Virus record (IMG/VR): IMGVR_UViG_3300018005_000012
Span: 1 to 64,000 of that record
Reading direction: 5' to 3' (one strand)
DNA from: a virus
DNA length: 64,000 bases
Position numbers and translations under genes: made by a program. Position 1 is the stretch's first letter. Each line of letters begins with the position of its first letter. A model generated the notes under the pieces. That model ran no database searches, was not told the DNA's origin, and was given only the letters and a program-made list of their open reading frames with translations. This document shows positions 37,945 to 47,640 of this stretch, piece after piece.

Positions 37945-39262
37945 GATTCATGGCCTTTATTTGTTCCACATAAGTCTGAGCCTGTTCAATTACATCGTCC
38001 ACAATCTTCTCCAAGTCGCCCACCATCAGAACCTCCACTGCGGCCAATCTTGGCAGATTGTCCACCAGAGCACAATTCAAAGCCCCACCCCGAATGTGAG
38101 GGAAGGAGTGAGCGTAGTGGGCTTTGAGAAAGGATGAGACTTCTATTATCTCACAATTCTCAATCTCCTCAAAAAGCCCTCTCTCATAGACAGGTGTATT
38201 GCAAAAGTCCCGAACCTTGTGATTGAACCAGAACTTCCTCAGAGTCAGGGTTATCCTCTCTTCTAAGGCCCGATAGTCATCAATCAATCCCTTGTGCAAA
38301 TCGCTGTCGTATCCCATATCTTGTAGCGGAGCATAGTCTCCATATGCGAGAATCCCAAACCGTCTCCCCATTGCGTAACTATTTCTGCAAAGGAAGCCGA
38401 GAATATCTCTGAAGACGGAGACATGAGTTCCCTGTAGAGCGAGAGGATTGGCCGTCACTACAAAGGGACACGCACCTGTCACCGATAGTGTTGTGCCACC
38501 GCCAGCCACCGTTGCCCTTCCCGATTCCAGAAAGCCCAACAAGAATCCTGCCATGTTCTCTACCGTCTGGCTCTCAATCTGGTCTATGGCAAGCGGATAG
38601 TATTGCTCATGGAACAAGCCGTAAGCCTTGTCGTCAGTCCACTTGGCCGACCCTAGAAGGGTGTTCTTGGTGGCCTTATCAATCAGTCTACCAGCCAACT
38701 CGAAGAAGGTGCTCTTGCCAGTGTTGGGCGGGGTAATCTGCAACTCGTGAGGCTGATACCTCATGACATAGCCTCTTGGCAGGGTGGCCCTGTTAGCCAA
38801 AACCAGAGCAGGGTCTCTTGTGCAATTGTATTCCATGATGCCCTTGATGAGATTGTTATACTCTTCGGTGGGTTTGTCAGCCACAACATCGAGCCACCTA
38901 CCAAGAGTAGCGTCATTGAACTGATAGTCCGTCCCGAAAACATACATTCCCAAATCGTTCCATTCTTCGAGCCTTGGGTCGCCTCTCTGAATCTTATTCA
39001 TGATGTAACCCTGCTCCTTCAGTTCAAAAATCCCATCTAAATCCTTAATAGTCATCTCAGTGAGAGGTAAGGCAGACTTCTTGCTATGGATAACACTCTT
39101 GGTATCCACGATGTAGATAGGCGGAGTTATCACTGTCGGATAGGCCCGATAGAGTTTGGCCCCAACGGTAATGAAGATTCCGTTGTCAGTCTTCTCAATC
39201 TCCGACTTCTGATAGATGGGTTCGACTTGCTCAAACGTATTGAGCACTTTGTTTTCGGACAA
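37916..39262 (-). CDS. MCM-like AAA+ helicase
   Basis: HELQITPPNTGKS, LAIDQIE, FLESGRATVAGG, VVTANP, RRFG parallel the MCM core motifs. Confidence 0.7.
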   Translation of the reverse strand: MSENKVLNTFEQVEPIYQKSEIEKTDNGIFITVGAKLYRAYPTVITPPIYIVDTKSVIHSKKSALPLTEMTIKDLDGIFELKEQGYIMNKIQRGDPRLEEWNDLGMYVFGTDYQFNDATLGRWLDVVADKPTEEYNNLIKGIMEYNCTRDPALVLANRATLPRGYVMRYQPHELQITPPNTGKSTFFELAGRLIDKATKNTLLGSAKWTDDKAYGLFHEQYYPLAIDQIESQTVENMAGFLLGFLESGRATVAGGGTTLSVTGACPFVVTANPLALQGTHVSVFRDILGFLCRNSYAMGRRFGILAYGDYAPLQDMGYDSDLHKGLIDDYRALEERITLTLRKFWFNHKVRDFCNTPVYERGLFEEIENCEIIEVSSFLKAHYAHSFPHIRGGALNCALVDNLPRLAAVEVLMVGDLEKIVDDVIEQAQTYVEQIKAMNLDSIKYAIT

Positions 39263-39344
39263 CTACTTACCCTTCGTGAGTATCCTATTTAACTGTTCTC
39301 ACCCATAATTCTTTAAATAGGCCGATTGCGTAGGGTATGGTAGC

Positions 39345-40013
39345 ATGGCAGAGACGGAGAAGCCAGTTGAGAAGCCGACAAAAGAGGCATTGGAAGACCT
39401 TTATCCAGATGTGGATATGCCCCACCTTCAGACTGTCATTCAACTGCTCTATCACACTGGCTATGAGATTGACGACATTGAGAGCATGGATGCCACTCCC
39501 TATGTAAGAGTCTATGTGGGTGGTGAAGAGTGGTTCATCATGAGCGATACTGAGGCCGATGAATATGCCGAAGAGGACGCAGAGAACTTGTTTGACGAGA
39601 TGGAAATGGATGCGTTGCCCGGAGACTGGCCCGACTTCATAATGAACAAAGATGACTTCGATAGTGCTCTGGCTGAAGCCATTCAGAACTACATTGAAAC
39701 CGCTAGAGAGGAGCCGTCCAACGACCCTACAACCTACGATAGCAAACTAGACGAGGAGATGGCCGGAGCCAATACCGCCTCAGAACAGGACTTCGAGGAT
39801 TATCTCACTACTCAATGGGTTCCAGATGGAGACGTTATCCAGTGGTTCATCAGCGAGTATGGCCACGAAGCCTTTAAGGAGACAGCCAATGTTGATACTG
39901 CGGCTCTCGCCAAACACATCATGGAAACAGATGGCAGGGGTTCCATCATCTCTGACTACAATGGAGAAGAGATTGACCTTGGTAAAGGTTACTACGCCTA
40001 CAGATTAGCATAA
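39345..40013 (+). CDS. Highly acidic hypothetical protein
   Basis: D/E-rich throughout; own TATA+AGGG promoter. Confidence 0.75.
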   Translation: MAETEKPVEKPTKEALEDLYPDVDMPHLQTVIQLLYHTGYEIDDIESMDATPYVRVYVGGEEWFIMSDTEADEYAEEDAENLFDEMEMDALPGDWPDFIMNKDDFDSALAEAIQNYIETAREEPSNDPTTYDSKLDEEMAGANTASEQDFEDYLTTQWVPDGDVIQWFISEYGHEAFKETANVDTAALAKHIMETDGRGSIISDYNGEEIDLGKGYYAYRLA

Positions 40014-40047
40014 AATCCTTTTATACCCTGCTAACGAAGGGTAGCCT

Positions 40048-41028
40048 ATGAAATTCCTCGAATTAGACGAACCCATGATACCATACATCTGTATGGGAAC
40101 CTGCGGTAAGAAGCAGGCCGGAAAGAGCCTCTACTCTCGTGAGTTGGGCTATAAGATAATCAAAGAAGAGGGGGGCGAAATTCTATGGCTGTCCACCGAA
40201 GAGCCTACTGACTTCATGTTCACCATCGAGATTGAAGAGCATGAGGGGTGGGATAAGGTCTTCGCTAAGAAGTATGGTGTCGAACCTATCGTCCATTGGG
40301 AGTATCTTCCGAATGCGGAAGAGGTCATGCGATACATCGGAGTGGATGGCAGAATCATCATTACTGAGGCAGAACCAGTCGAACCTAAACCTCTGAAAGA
40401 CATAAAGGGAGAGACACCAGAAGCGAGAGCAAAGAGAGAAGAGGAAGTCAAGAAAGCGGCAAACGACAGACAGAAGGGCATCAAGTTGGAGTTCAAGACC
40501 ATTAAGGTGGACACCGACCATTCGCCACTCGCCAAGATGCTGGAAGAGCACGACATCCGTTACATCGTTCTCGACTCCCTTACCACGCCATTCGACCAAC
40601 TCCTAATAGGTGGGAGACAGAACTTCGGCATCAGAGCACAACTTGAGGAAGCCTTCCTGAACACCACTCAACAGTTGGTCGTCAAGAGGGGCAAAGTGAC
40701 CAAAAAGAACATCTACGTCATGACCACCAATCACATCACCAACGACCCAACAGACCGTTTCACAAAACTGATGATTGAAAAGGAGTTAGTAGAGAAGGGT
40801 GGTGGGGCGGTGGGTTACAATCTCAAAGTCCTCTACGGCTTCAAACCAAAGCAAACGCCTCACGGTTCGAGAGAGGTCTGGGTGATAAGGTTCCCCAACC
40901 TACCGGACTATGGCAAGATGTATAACCTACTCATCACCAACAAGGGCTTCACCAAGACATCGAAAGACGAATTGAAGGATGTAAAAGAAGAGCAAAAGGC
41001 TGAGAGAAAAGAAGCGAAAGAAGCATGA
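40048..41028 (+). CDS. RadA/RadB-family recombinase ATPase
   Basis: GKKQAGKS, LWLSTEE, IVLDSLT, MTTNHI, GGGAVGY. Confidence 0.8.
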   Translation: MKFLELDEPMIPYICMGTCGKKQAGKSLYSRELGYKIIKEEGGEILWLSTEEPTDFMFTIEIEEHEGWDKVFAKKYGVEPIVHWEYLPNAEEVMRYIGVDGRIIITEAEPVEPKPLKDIKGETPEARAKREEEVKKAANDRQKGIKLEFKTIKVDTDHSPLAKMLEEHDIRYIVLDSLTTPFDQLLIGGRQNFGIRAQLEEAFLNTTQQLVVKRGKVTKKNIYVMTTNHITNDPTDRFTKLMIEKELVEKGGGAVGYNLKVLYGFKPKQTPHGSREVWVIRFPNLPDYGKMYNLLITNKGFTKTSKDELKDVKEEQKAERKEAKEA

Positions 41029-41180
41029 CTCAATTAGCCAATGAAAAGGAGTTGGAAAAGGCACGAGAGTCATCAGTAGAGTTGTTGGATAGAGAGGCTC
41101 GTCTCCAACTTCTAAAGGACAACCTAAACGAAATCAAAAGGAGAGTAGAAATAAGACATGAGCAACTTAGACAAGTTTAA
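41025..41180 (+). CDS. 51-aa coiled-coil protein with LANxxEL motif (not in ORF track)
   Basis: ATGA overlap with the RadA-like stop; MTQLANEKELEKARESS... Confidence 0.7.
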   Translation: MTQLANEKELEKARESSVELLDREARLQLLKDNLNEIKRRVEIRHEQLRQV

Positions 41181-41559
41181 TACAGCCAACTTCAAGGCCC
41201 AATTCCATACGGAAGGGGAATACACCGGAAGCGGAGACATGGGCGGCAGTTACGAGTATATCGCCAAACTCCTGCTCAATCCTGTATCGGATGGTCGGAA
41301 CAGACTCCTATGGTTGGTTCTGGCTCCCTATGCTGTATCCATCCTCAAACTGGATAGAGAGAAGGCCATAGACTTGGTGACAGAATACATAAAAGCCTGT
41401 CACGAACTCAAACCCTGTCAGGATGTGATTGATAAGGTGGAGCAATATGTGGACAATGCGGCAAACGTGGAGAACGGATTAAAGCCGCCTCACTTGGATA
41501 CTCTCCAACAGAGCGACCCAGAACTATATGAGATAGTTCAAGAGGCGATTAGAGAATGA
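41158..41559 (+). CDS. priX: PriX-like primase accessory subunit
   Basis: DGRNRLLWLVLAPYAVSILKL...AIDLVTEYI helical signature. Confidence 0.65.
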   Translation: MSNLDKFNTANFKAQFHTEGEYTGSGDMGGSYEYIAKLLLNPVSDGRNRLLWLVLAPYAVSILKLDREKAIDLVTEYIKACHELKPCQDVIDKVEQYVDNAANVENGLKPPHLDTLQQSDPELYEIVQEAIRE

Positions 41560-41744
41560 GTCTAGCCAATGAGGAACAACTTTTAGAAGCGAAGTTCGAG
41601 TCCTTCATACCATTTCGTCCTTTGCTTTTGGATGAACACAAAGCAATTTTTGTAATGATTAACTCAAAGGTAGTTGACGATTGGTTTGTGCTGACCGTTA
41701 AATTGACTAATGGAGACACAATAGTATTTGGTGAGATGAGATGA
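41556..41744 (+). CDS. Small protein with LANxxEL-like motif
   Basis: MSLANEEQLLEAK. Confidence 0.7.
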   Translation: MSLANEEQLLEAKFESFIPFRPLLLDEHKAIFVMINSKVVDDWFVLTVKLTNGDTIVFGEMR

Positions 41745-41890
41745 GTCTAGCCAACCAACAGGAACTTGATGAGACCAGAGAACCGTGGTGGTCACACTTG
41801 GATTCTACAACCTACGCATCAATAACGATTCCAACTTGTATGTATGGGATGCCCCGTATCCATGTCTCAAGAGAGGCGATTTCAGAATGA
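41741..41890 (+). CDS. 49-aa protein with LANxxEL motif (not in ORF track)
   Basis: ATGA overlaps at both ends; MSLANQQELDET... Confidence 0.65.
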   Translation: MSLANQQELDETREPWWSHLDSTTYASITIPTCMYGMPRIHVSREAISE

Positions 41891-42081
41891 TTCCCTTCTA
41901 TCTCTTAGTCAATCAAGTGGAACTTGCTCGTGCAAAACACGCCAAGTGCCCTAGTAAGCACTCGTGGAATTTAGAGATTGATACTTGCAAAGACTGTGGA
42001 ATCTTGAGAGAAGAATACGAGGACTTCATCGTTGCAAAACTTACCTTAAGAGAGGCGTTTGGAATTGATACCATTCGATAG
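41887..42081 (+). CDS. Small Zn-binding protein with degenerate LxNxxEL motif
   Basis: MIPFYLLVNQVELARAK...CPSKH...CKDC. Confidence 0.6.
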   Translation: MIPFYLLVNQVELARAKHAKCPSKHSWNLEIDTCKDCGILREEYEDFIVAKLTLREAFGIDTIR

Positions 42082-44173
42082 TGCGACCTATACCACACAG
42101 AACGGGAAGGTCAAGATGAAGGTCTATAGGAATGGAGAGGTCGAACTCATAGACCCCACACCCATGCCCTACTGTTACGCCCCGGCCAAGTATGAGATTC
42201 AGACGCAAGCCAAGATGACGAGAACAGACTTCAGGACTTTCGATACGGGAGAGGGCGTGAAGAGATACACCTTCCCACAGCCTATGAACGTAAAGGCGTT
42301 CCGTTCATTCCAAGAGGCGAAGGGCATTCCTATCTATGAAGCCGACAAAAAGTATGTTGGAGTTTGGATGGCAGACAATGAGTTCGTATGCGATGACTAT
42401 CCTAACCAAGCCGCATGGGACACAGAAGAAGACGACTCGAAAGCCAAGCCCGACCCAGAGACGGCCAACGTTCCAATCACAGCCATAGGCATAGTCTATA
42501 AGGGCCAGAGGTATGCGTGGACTGGTATAGAGAAGGAGATTCTTAAGGGGGCAGTGGACTTCATAGTGGAGAACAAGATTCATATGTTGAAGGGTTGGAA
42601 CACCCACTTCTGGGACGTTCCTTTCTTCGCCAAACGACTGGCCTTTGCGGGTATCAAATTCGACTTCAGTTCCGTCAGGTTCCTAGACTTAGCCCTCTGC
42701 TATCGTTTCATGGAAAAGAACTTCCGAAGTCAGTGGTCGTTGGAGAAGGTAGGCAGACGACTGTTCAATGAGCAGAAGCCCTTCGTCAATACCAGACTCA
42801 GCACCCTACCGCCAGAGCAACTAAAGGAGAGGGTGTTGTGGGATGCGGAGATGACTAATAGGATAGACGATAAGAAGGGGTATACTGGGGTGGCTACACA
42901 ACTGGCCAAGCAGAGCCATATCTTTCCAGACCAGATATTCGGAATCCACCCCCTCAAGAAGTCCATCACCATTACTCCTGTCTTAGACCAATACTTTCTG
43001 CGGTATGCCCATAAGATTAACTATGTATTACCATGTAAGTCGGGGTATAAGCAGAGGCCAAAATATACAGGAGCATGGGTCGAAGTCTTCGAGCAAGGGT
43101 TCTTTGAGGATGTGCTACAGTATGATGTAGACTCCCTATATCCCAACATCATCCTAGCGTATAAGTTGGCCCCATTGAACAGGTTCGAGTTGGTGGAACC
43201 TATCGTCAAAGACCTGCTTGCTGGCAAGCGAAACGCTAAAGACGAGGTAGAGAGATGGGCTATGAAAATCACGGTCAATGCCCTGTATGGTCTCTTCGCT
43301 AGTTCTTACTACAGATTTAAGGCCGTAGAGGTGGCAGATGCTATAACCTACCACGGAAGGGACATCGTTACCCATACAGCAGAGTTCCTAAGAAGTATGG
43401 GTTATACGGTCTACTACATAGATACGGACTCTTGCTTCGTGAAGGGTAAGTTCGATGAGGCGGAGACTATAAGAGACCTGATGAACACTTATATTCAGAG
43501 GACATACAACGTGGACAATATCAAGTTCGGGTTGGAGAACGATTGGAGGCTGCTCGGATTCCCAAGAGGAGCCAAAGGAGAGAAGACCAAGAAGCGTTAC
43601 TATGGTATAGTCCATGTCAACAAGAAGGGTGAAGTGGTGGACAAGTTTGAAGAGGCTGGCATGGAAGGGTTGCGTGGAGATTGGTGCGAGTTGGCGAGGA
43701 ACGTGCAAGACGCAATCAAGAGGTTCCAAGTCACAAAGGTTCCGAAGGAGAAGATGCTTGAGTTCTATGAGGATACGAAAGTCAACTTATACAAAGGACT
43801 CTACGACCCCCTTCTGGTTATGGAGAAACATATGGGGAAGGATGTCTCAGAGTATGGTCAAATGAAGAAGGATGAGAAGACGGGGAAGATAAGAAAGATG
43901 CCCACCCCACAACACGTTAAGGCTTTGCGAGATGCGATGGAACATGGATGGGTTCCCAACGATATGGTTCAGTATGGTGTGGTTCAATACTATATGTGTA
44001 GAGGAGCCATACCCAAACTGGTCAATCTAGTGAAGCAGGGTGAGATAGACTATGCTTGGTATTGTAGTCACCAGATAGACCCCATAGTGTGGAGACTTGG
44101 CCTCATCGAAGAGATGACCAAGTATAAGAAGGAGAAGGTTCAGCCATCAGACCAAACAACTCTTGTTTCTTGA
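42059..44173 (+). CDS. polB: Family B DNA polymerase with 3'-5' exonuclease
   Basis: WDTE, GWNTHFWD, YDVDSLYPNII, KITVNALYG, YIDTDS. Confidence 0.96.
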   Translation: MELIPFDSATYTTQNGKVKMKVYRNGEVELIDPTPMPYCYAPAKYEIQTQAKMTRTDFRTFDTGEGVKRYTFPQPMNVKAFRSFQEAKGIPIYEADKKYVGVWMADNEFVCDDYPNQAAWDTEEDDSKAKPDPETANVPITAIGIVYKGQRYAWTGIEKEILKGAVDFIVENKIHMLKGWNTHFWDVPFFAKRLAFAGIKFDFSSVRFLDLALCYRFMEKNFRSQWSLEKVGRRLFNEQKPFVNTRLSTLPPEQLKERVLWDAEMTNRIDDKKGYTGVATQLAKQSHIFPDQIFGIHPLKKSITITPVLDQYFLRYAHKINYVLPCKSGYKQRPKYTGAWVEVFEQGFFEDVLQYDVDSLYPNIILAYKLAPLNRFELVEPIVKDLLAGKRNAKDEVERWAMKITVNALYGLFASSYYRFKAVEVADAITYHGRDIVTHTAEFLRSMGYTVYYIDTDSCFVKGKFDEAETIRDLMNTYIQRTYNVDNIKFGLENDWRLLGFPRGAKGEKTKKRYYGIVHVNKKGEVVDKFEEAGMEGLRGDWCELARNVQDAIKRFQVTKVPKEKMLEFYEDTKVNLYKGLYDPLLVMEKHMGKDVSEYGQMKKDEKTGKIRKMPTPQHVKALRDAMEHGWVPNDMVQYGVVQYYMCRGAIPKLVNLVKQGEIDYAWYCSHQIDPIVWRLGLIEEMTKYKKEKVQPSDQTTLVS

Positions 44174-44548
44174 AGCACGAATCTCCTTCTTTACCGATGC
44201 TTTCACAAATTGACAACTCATACAAAGCACTTGAACATCTTCGGGATAGTTATTGGTCTTAAGCCAACGATAAAGAGCAGTCCCACTTCGATAGACATTG
44301 GCTCTTTGTATTTTGCCATCACCATTAATATGGTCAATCGAAAGTGCTCGTGAATCGTGAACAGGACATAATCCCTTGTGCCAACAATCTTCGCCTTGAC
44401 ACATACAATGGGGCGGATTGGTTCCAGAATAGTGGACAAGAACTTCAAACTTCAATTGATGATGGATTTTCTGTTGAAGTAACTTATGTTTGACATACTG
44501 CTCTGGCTTCTTTTTCCAATATTCTTTCATCTGCTCATAGGTAGTCAA
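44147..44548 (-). CDS. HNH-type homing endonuclease, RALxIDHI family copy 1
   Basis: RALSIDHINGDG...LYRWL...YPEDVQVLCMSC. Confidence 0.8.
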   Translation of the reverse strand: MTTYEQMKEYWKKKPEQYVKHKLLQQKIHHQLKFEVLVHYSGTNPPHCMCQGEDCWHKGLCPVHDSRALSIDHINGDGKIQRANVYRSGTALYRWLKTNNYPEDVQVLCMSCQFVKASVKKEIRASRNKSCLV

Positions 44549-44581
44549 CGGTATCTCTATAAGATTGCTTTCTTATAAACA

Positions 44582-44884
44582 TTACTTGTAAGCAGTAGGT
44601 AGTGGTGTATCGCCTTCTTTCTCCATACGGTCATTTACTTCCTTAATGAAAGAATCGAAATTATGGGCATTGAGAAGAGTCATCTCCAAGTCAGACTTGT
44701 AGTTGGCCATTATCACACTCATCTTCCTGCTCTGGTCTTTGATGATGCCAAAGCACCCTACTAGGAGAAGGGTATCAATGAGAGTAATCGCACCGAACAG
44801 AACTAGAAGAGCCACAGTGATTAAGTCCAATTTAAACACCCTTGCATTGGAGCCACCACTCCATTGCTTTATTGTTAATCTCAT
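44582..44884 (-). CDS. Small membrane protein
   Basis: One long hydrophobic helix. Confidence 0.55.
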   Translation of the reverse strand: MRLTIKQWSGGSNARVFKLDLITVALLVLFGAITLIDTLLLVGCFGIIKDQSRKMSVIMANYKSDLEMTLLNAHNFDSFIKEVNDRMEKEGDTPLPTAYK

Positions 44885-45269
44885 CCATTCTCCATCCCGT
44901 TCTCAGATTATGTCTCACATCATTATGTAGACTTGAAGGAATGTAGATGGCAACAGATGGAGTCACATGATGAAGATGTGCTCCTTCAAAGGACTTATTT
45001 AGAATGAAATCGGTAGGAAGGTCACGTTCCCTTCTATCCTTATAAAGCCGTCCCTTCTCTGGATGCTCTCTTGCCCATTTTCGCTTATAGCCCAAAACCT
45101 TCTCTCGGTTAAAACTTTGCCATTTGGCAACCACTTTCTTAGAACAAGACTTACATACAAACTGAGGAGAAGATGTCCCACGGTCATTGTGAAACGTCCA
45201 ATAGAAGTCGGTAAGAGGCTTAATCTGATGACAAGCATTACACTCTTTAGGGTCAGACGATTTGTTCAA
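44832..45269 (-). CDS. Zn-finger/HNH-like endonuclease
   Basis: CNAC...CKSC, basic linker, AHLHHV...LHNDVRH. Confidence 0.65.
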   Translation of the reverse strand: MNKSSDPKECNACHQIKPLTDFYWTFHNDRGTSSPQFVCKSCSKKVVAKWQSFNREKVLGYKRKWAREHPEKGRLYKDRRERDLPTDFILNKSFEGAHLHHVTPSVAIYIPSSLHNDVRHNLRTGWRMDEINNKAMEWWLQCKGV

Positions 45270-45312
45270 GGTATAGGGTATATCCCTTCTTCGGAGTATA
45301 TAAGGATTCTAA

Positions 45313-45702
45313 TCAGGTAGGGAGATTGTAGGTCTCGGTCATAGTCACATCTACAACATAGTAGAAGGGTTGGCCACCCTCATGTTTCGTTCCTATCTGT
45401 GTAATCCTAACCAGATGTCCAACGCTTTCTACATCTATTAGAAGTTGGTCTTGTGATTGCATCCCCGCAAGCAGAGTTTCGATGTCCTCGTGACCAGTGA
45501 AGTCTTGCGGAACCGCTATCTCCATGTTGTATTCGGCATTGTAAGCACCCACTATAAGAGAGACATCTGAGAAGGCTTGGACTCGTGAATAGGTCTTGAG
45601 TTTGGCCTTTCTCGACTCATCAAAACTGACAACCTCTAAGTTTATCGGAACTCCCAATGGAGTTCCTGTAGGACTAGCAGGCACAAGTGTAATCTGTGTC
45701 AT
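45313..45702 (-). CDS. Tail-associated protein
   Basis: Beta-rich distal-tail-like pattern; located at the end of the tail module. Confidence 0.55.
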   Translation of the reverse strand: MTQITLVPASPTGTPLGVPINLEVVSFDESRKAKLKTYSRVQAFSDVSLIVGAYNAEYNMEIAVPQDFTGHEDIETLLAGMQSQDQLLIDVESVGHLVRITQIGTKHEGGQPFYYVVDVTMTETYNLPT

Positions 45703-45745
45703 CGAGTAATGAAGGAGCGAAGTTCTATTTAACTCTATTGAGCCT

Positions 45746-47632
45746 CTACAAGTCGTTTATGTTGTAGATGCCATCCTCACAAAGAATCACAGGTGTCCCA
45801 TTGTAAGACAGCATTTGCACCGTTGCAAAGGGAGCGTAAGCATCAGTAAAAGTAACTTTACTATCTGGAAGATGCTTGGTTGTTGCCAAAGTGAAAGCGG
45901 GATAGTTGTAAATGTAGACCGTAGCAGGAGTGCCTCGTGTCGCAACATAGAACTTATTGCCTATGAGCAACATTCTACCGACTATTCCTTGAGCATTCGG
46001 AACCGTAAGGACGAGAGTAGGGGTAATATTGCCACCACCACTTAGAGTCAATTTATAGACATGACCCACACCATCGCCACAATAAACGTTGCCATCTAGA
46101 TAAGCCAAAGCCCCTACAGAGTGGGCAAAAACACCAGACGCAAGCCAAGTTAATGGAGGAGTAAAGGCCATAACCGTCCCTAATTGAGCGACAATCCACC
46201 AAATATTACTTCCATCGTATAGTGATTCGTTTCCAGCAGTGACCTGATGAGGGTCAAATGTGTTCACTTGAAAAGATAGGGTCGGGTCATATTCAAAAAG
46301 CCATCCGCCCTCGCTGAAATATACGTTGCCACCAGCCGCTATAGTCAGGACTGTCATAGTGTTAAGAGGACTAAAATACGTTGCCACAAGAGTCATGGTG
46401 ATTGGGTCTATTTCGGTAATTGGAACCTCCGGTGGGGGAATGGGAAAGGTAAATGTATCGTAGGCCGCATAGAGATATACTCCATCATACCAAAGATTGT
46501 AGGCATTGAGACCACCACCAAGCCCCTGATTGAAAGTAGCAACAACAGTTCCATAGATATCTACCTTGTAAATATTACCTACACTTGCACCAGTATCATA
46601 AGTAGAAACATAGAAGTAAGTTCCATCTGTGGCCATTGCAAGGCAATCGCTAAGAGATATGATTGGGGGCACTGGCACTGGAACAGGTGGGGCAGTAGTA
46701 TCAATATTTGTTTCACCATCCGCCTTTATCAGACTGAAGGAGATGTCATACAACTCCTGTCCTGTAGCGGTGACAGCAATAGAATCTGTAGTCGGAAGAG
46801 GCACACCAACCCATCCCGCTTCACTGTGTCTCTTTACATCACTAAGGTATCCAGTAGCCTGTTGGGTGGGAGTGACGAGTTCCAAAGGAATGGCTCTCAC
46901 AAGTTTGTCCTCTAGCCACCGATAGGCCGCTACAGTAATCTTCGGTATTGTTACTGCCTTAGACCTGCTCGAAATGCCCAACTGCTGGATGATGTCTATG
47001 TCGTTGGGAATGGTCTGAGATTGAGTCTTCTTTGGAATAGAAACGTTCAAACTTTGCCCACCCTGATTGATGTAGTCACCAGACCCAAGAGCCACATAGT
47101 CTATAACGGCTCCATTATCAGCATACATGGCAATTCCCCAAACATCAGAAGCAGGAGAAATCGCATATGTGTAATGAGTATAGAGACTCGAAGATAAAGT
47201 AAAGTTCTTACTGAGAATCACACCAAAAGCGGAGTTTAGAAGTTCGATAGTAAGAGTGGAACTCACACCAAGGTTCTTTGCCCTGAGGCGAATAGAACCT
47301 ATAGTGTTATGAGGAAGAGCAACGGGGAAGTCCTTCTCTATCACAACAACACCAATCTGATTTGGAAGAGTGAGTTCGTCTCCATTTGAAAGGACTGGAC
47401 TAGGAGCACCAAAGGCTCCATATGTGGTCACACCACCAGTCATTGTGCTAGGACTGGCTGTATTGGAGAAGGTAATAGCATTGTCAGTGGTGTTATCCCA
47501 CCAACCGAGCATTCCAGCAGGAACACCGGGGCTTACAAACAGACCAGATTCATGGTCGGCTTGTTTGAAGGAATCGTCTTTCCAAACCAACCGCCTTATC
47601 TCAAGACCAATTGGTATTATAGTTGAAGCCAT
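45746..47632 (-). CDS. Tail/baseplate protein with carbohydrate-binding-like and beta-propeller regions
   Basis: Repeated YDGxxxY/W blades in the C-terminal half; tail module context. Confidence 0.65.
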   Translation of the reverse strand: MASTIIPIGLEIRRLVWKDDSFKQADHESGLFVSPGVPAGMLGWWDNTTDNAITFSNTASPSTMTGGVTTYGAFGAPSPVLSNGDELTLPNQIGVVVIEKDFPVALPHNTIGSIRLRAKNLGVSSTLTIELLNSAFGVILSKNFTLSSSLYTHYTYAISPASDVWGIAMYADNGAVIDYVALGSGDYINQGGQSLNVSIPKKTQSQTIPNDIDIIQQLGISSRSKAVTIPKITVAAYRWLEDKLVRAIPLELVTPTQQATGYLSDVKRHSEAGWVGVPLPTTDSIAVTATGQELYDISFSLIKADGETNIDTTAPPVPVPVPPIISLSDCLAMATDGTYFYVSTYDTGASVGNIYKVDIYGTVVATFNQGLGGGLNAYNLWYDGVYLYAAYDTFTFPIPPPEVPITEIDPITMTLVATYFSPLNTMTVLTIAAGGNVYFSEGGWLFEYDPTLSFQVNTFDPHQVTAGNESLYDGSNIWWIVAQLGTVMAFTPPLTWLASGVFAHSVGALAYLDGNVYCGDGVGHVYKLTLSGGGNITPTLVLTVPNAQGIVGRMLLIGNKFYVATRGTPATVYIYNYPAFTLATTKHLPDSKVTFTDAYAPFATVQMLSYNGTPVILCEDGIYNINDL

Positions 47633-47640
47633 TATCTCAC

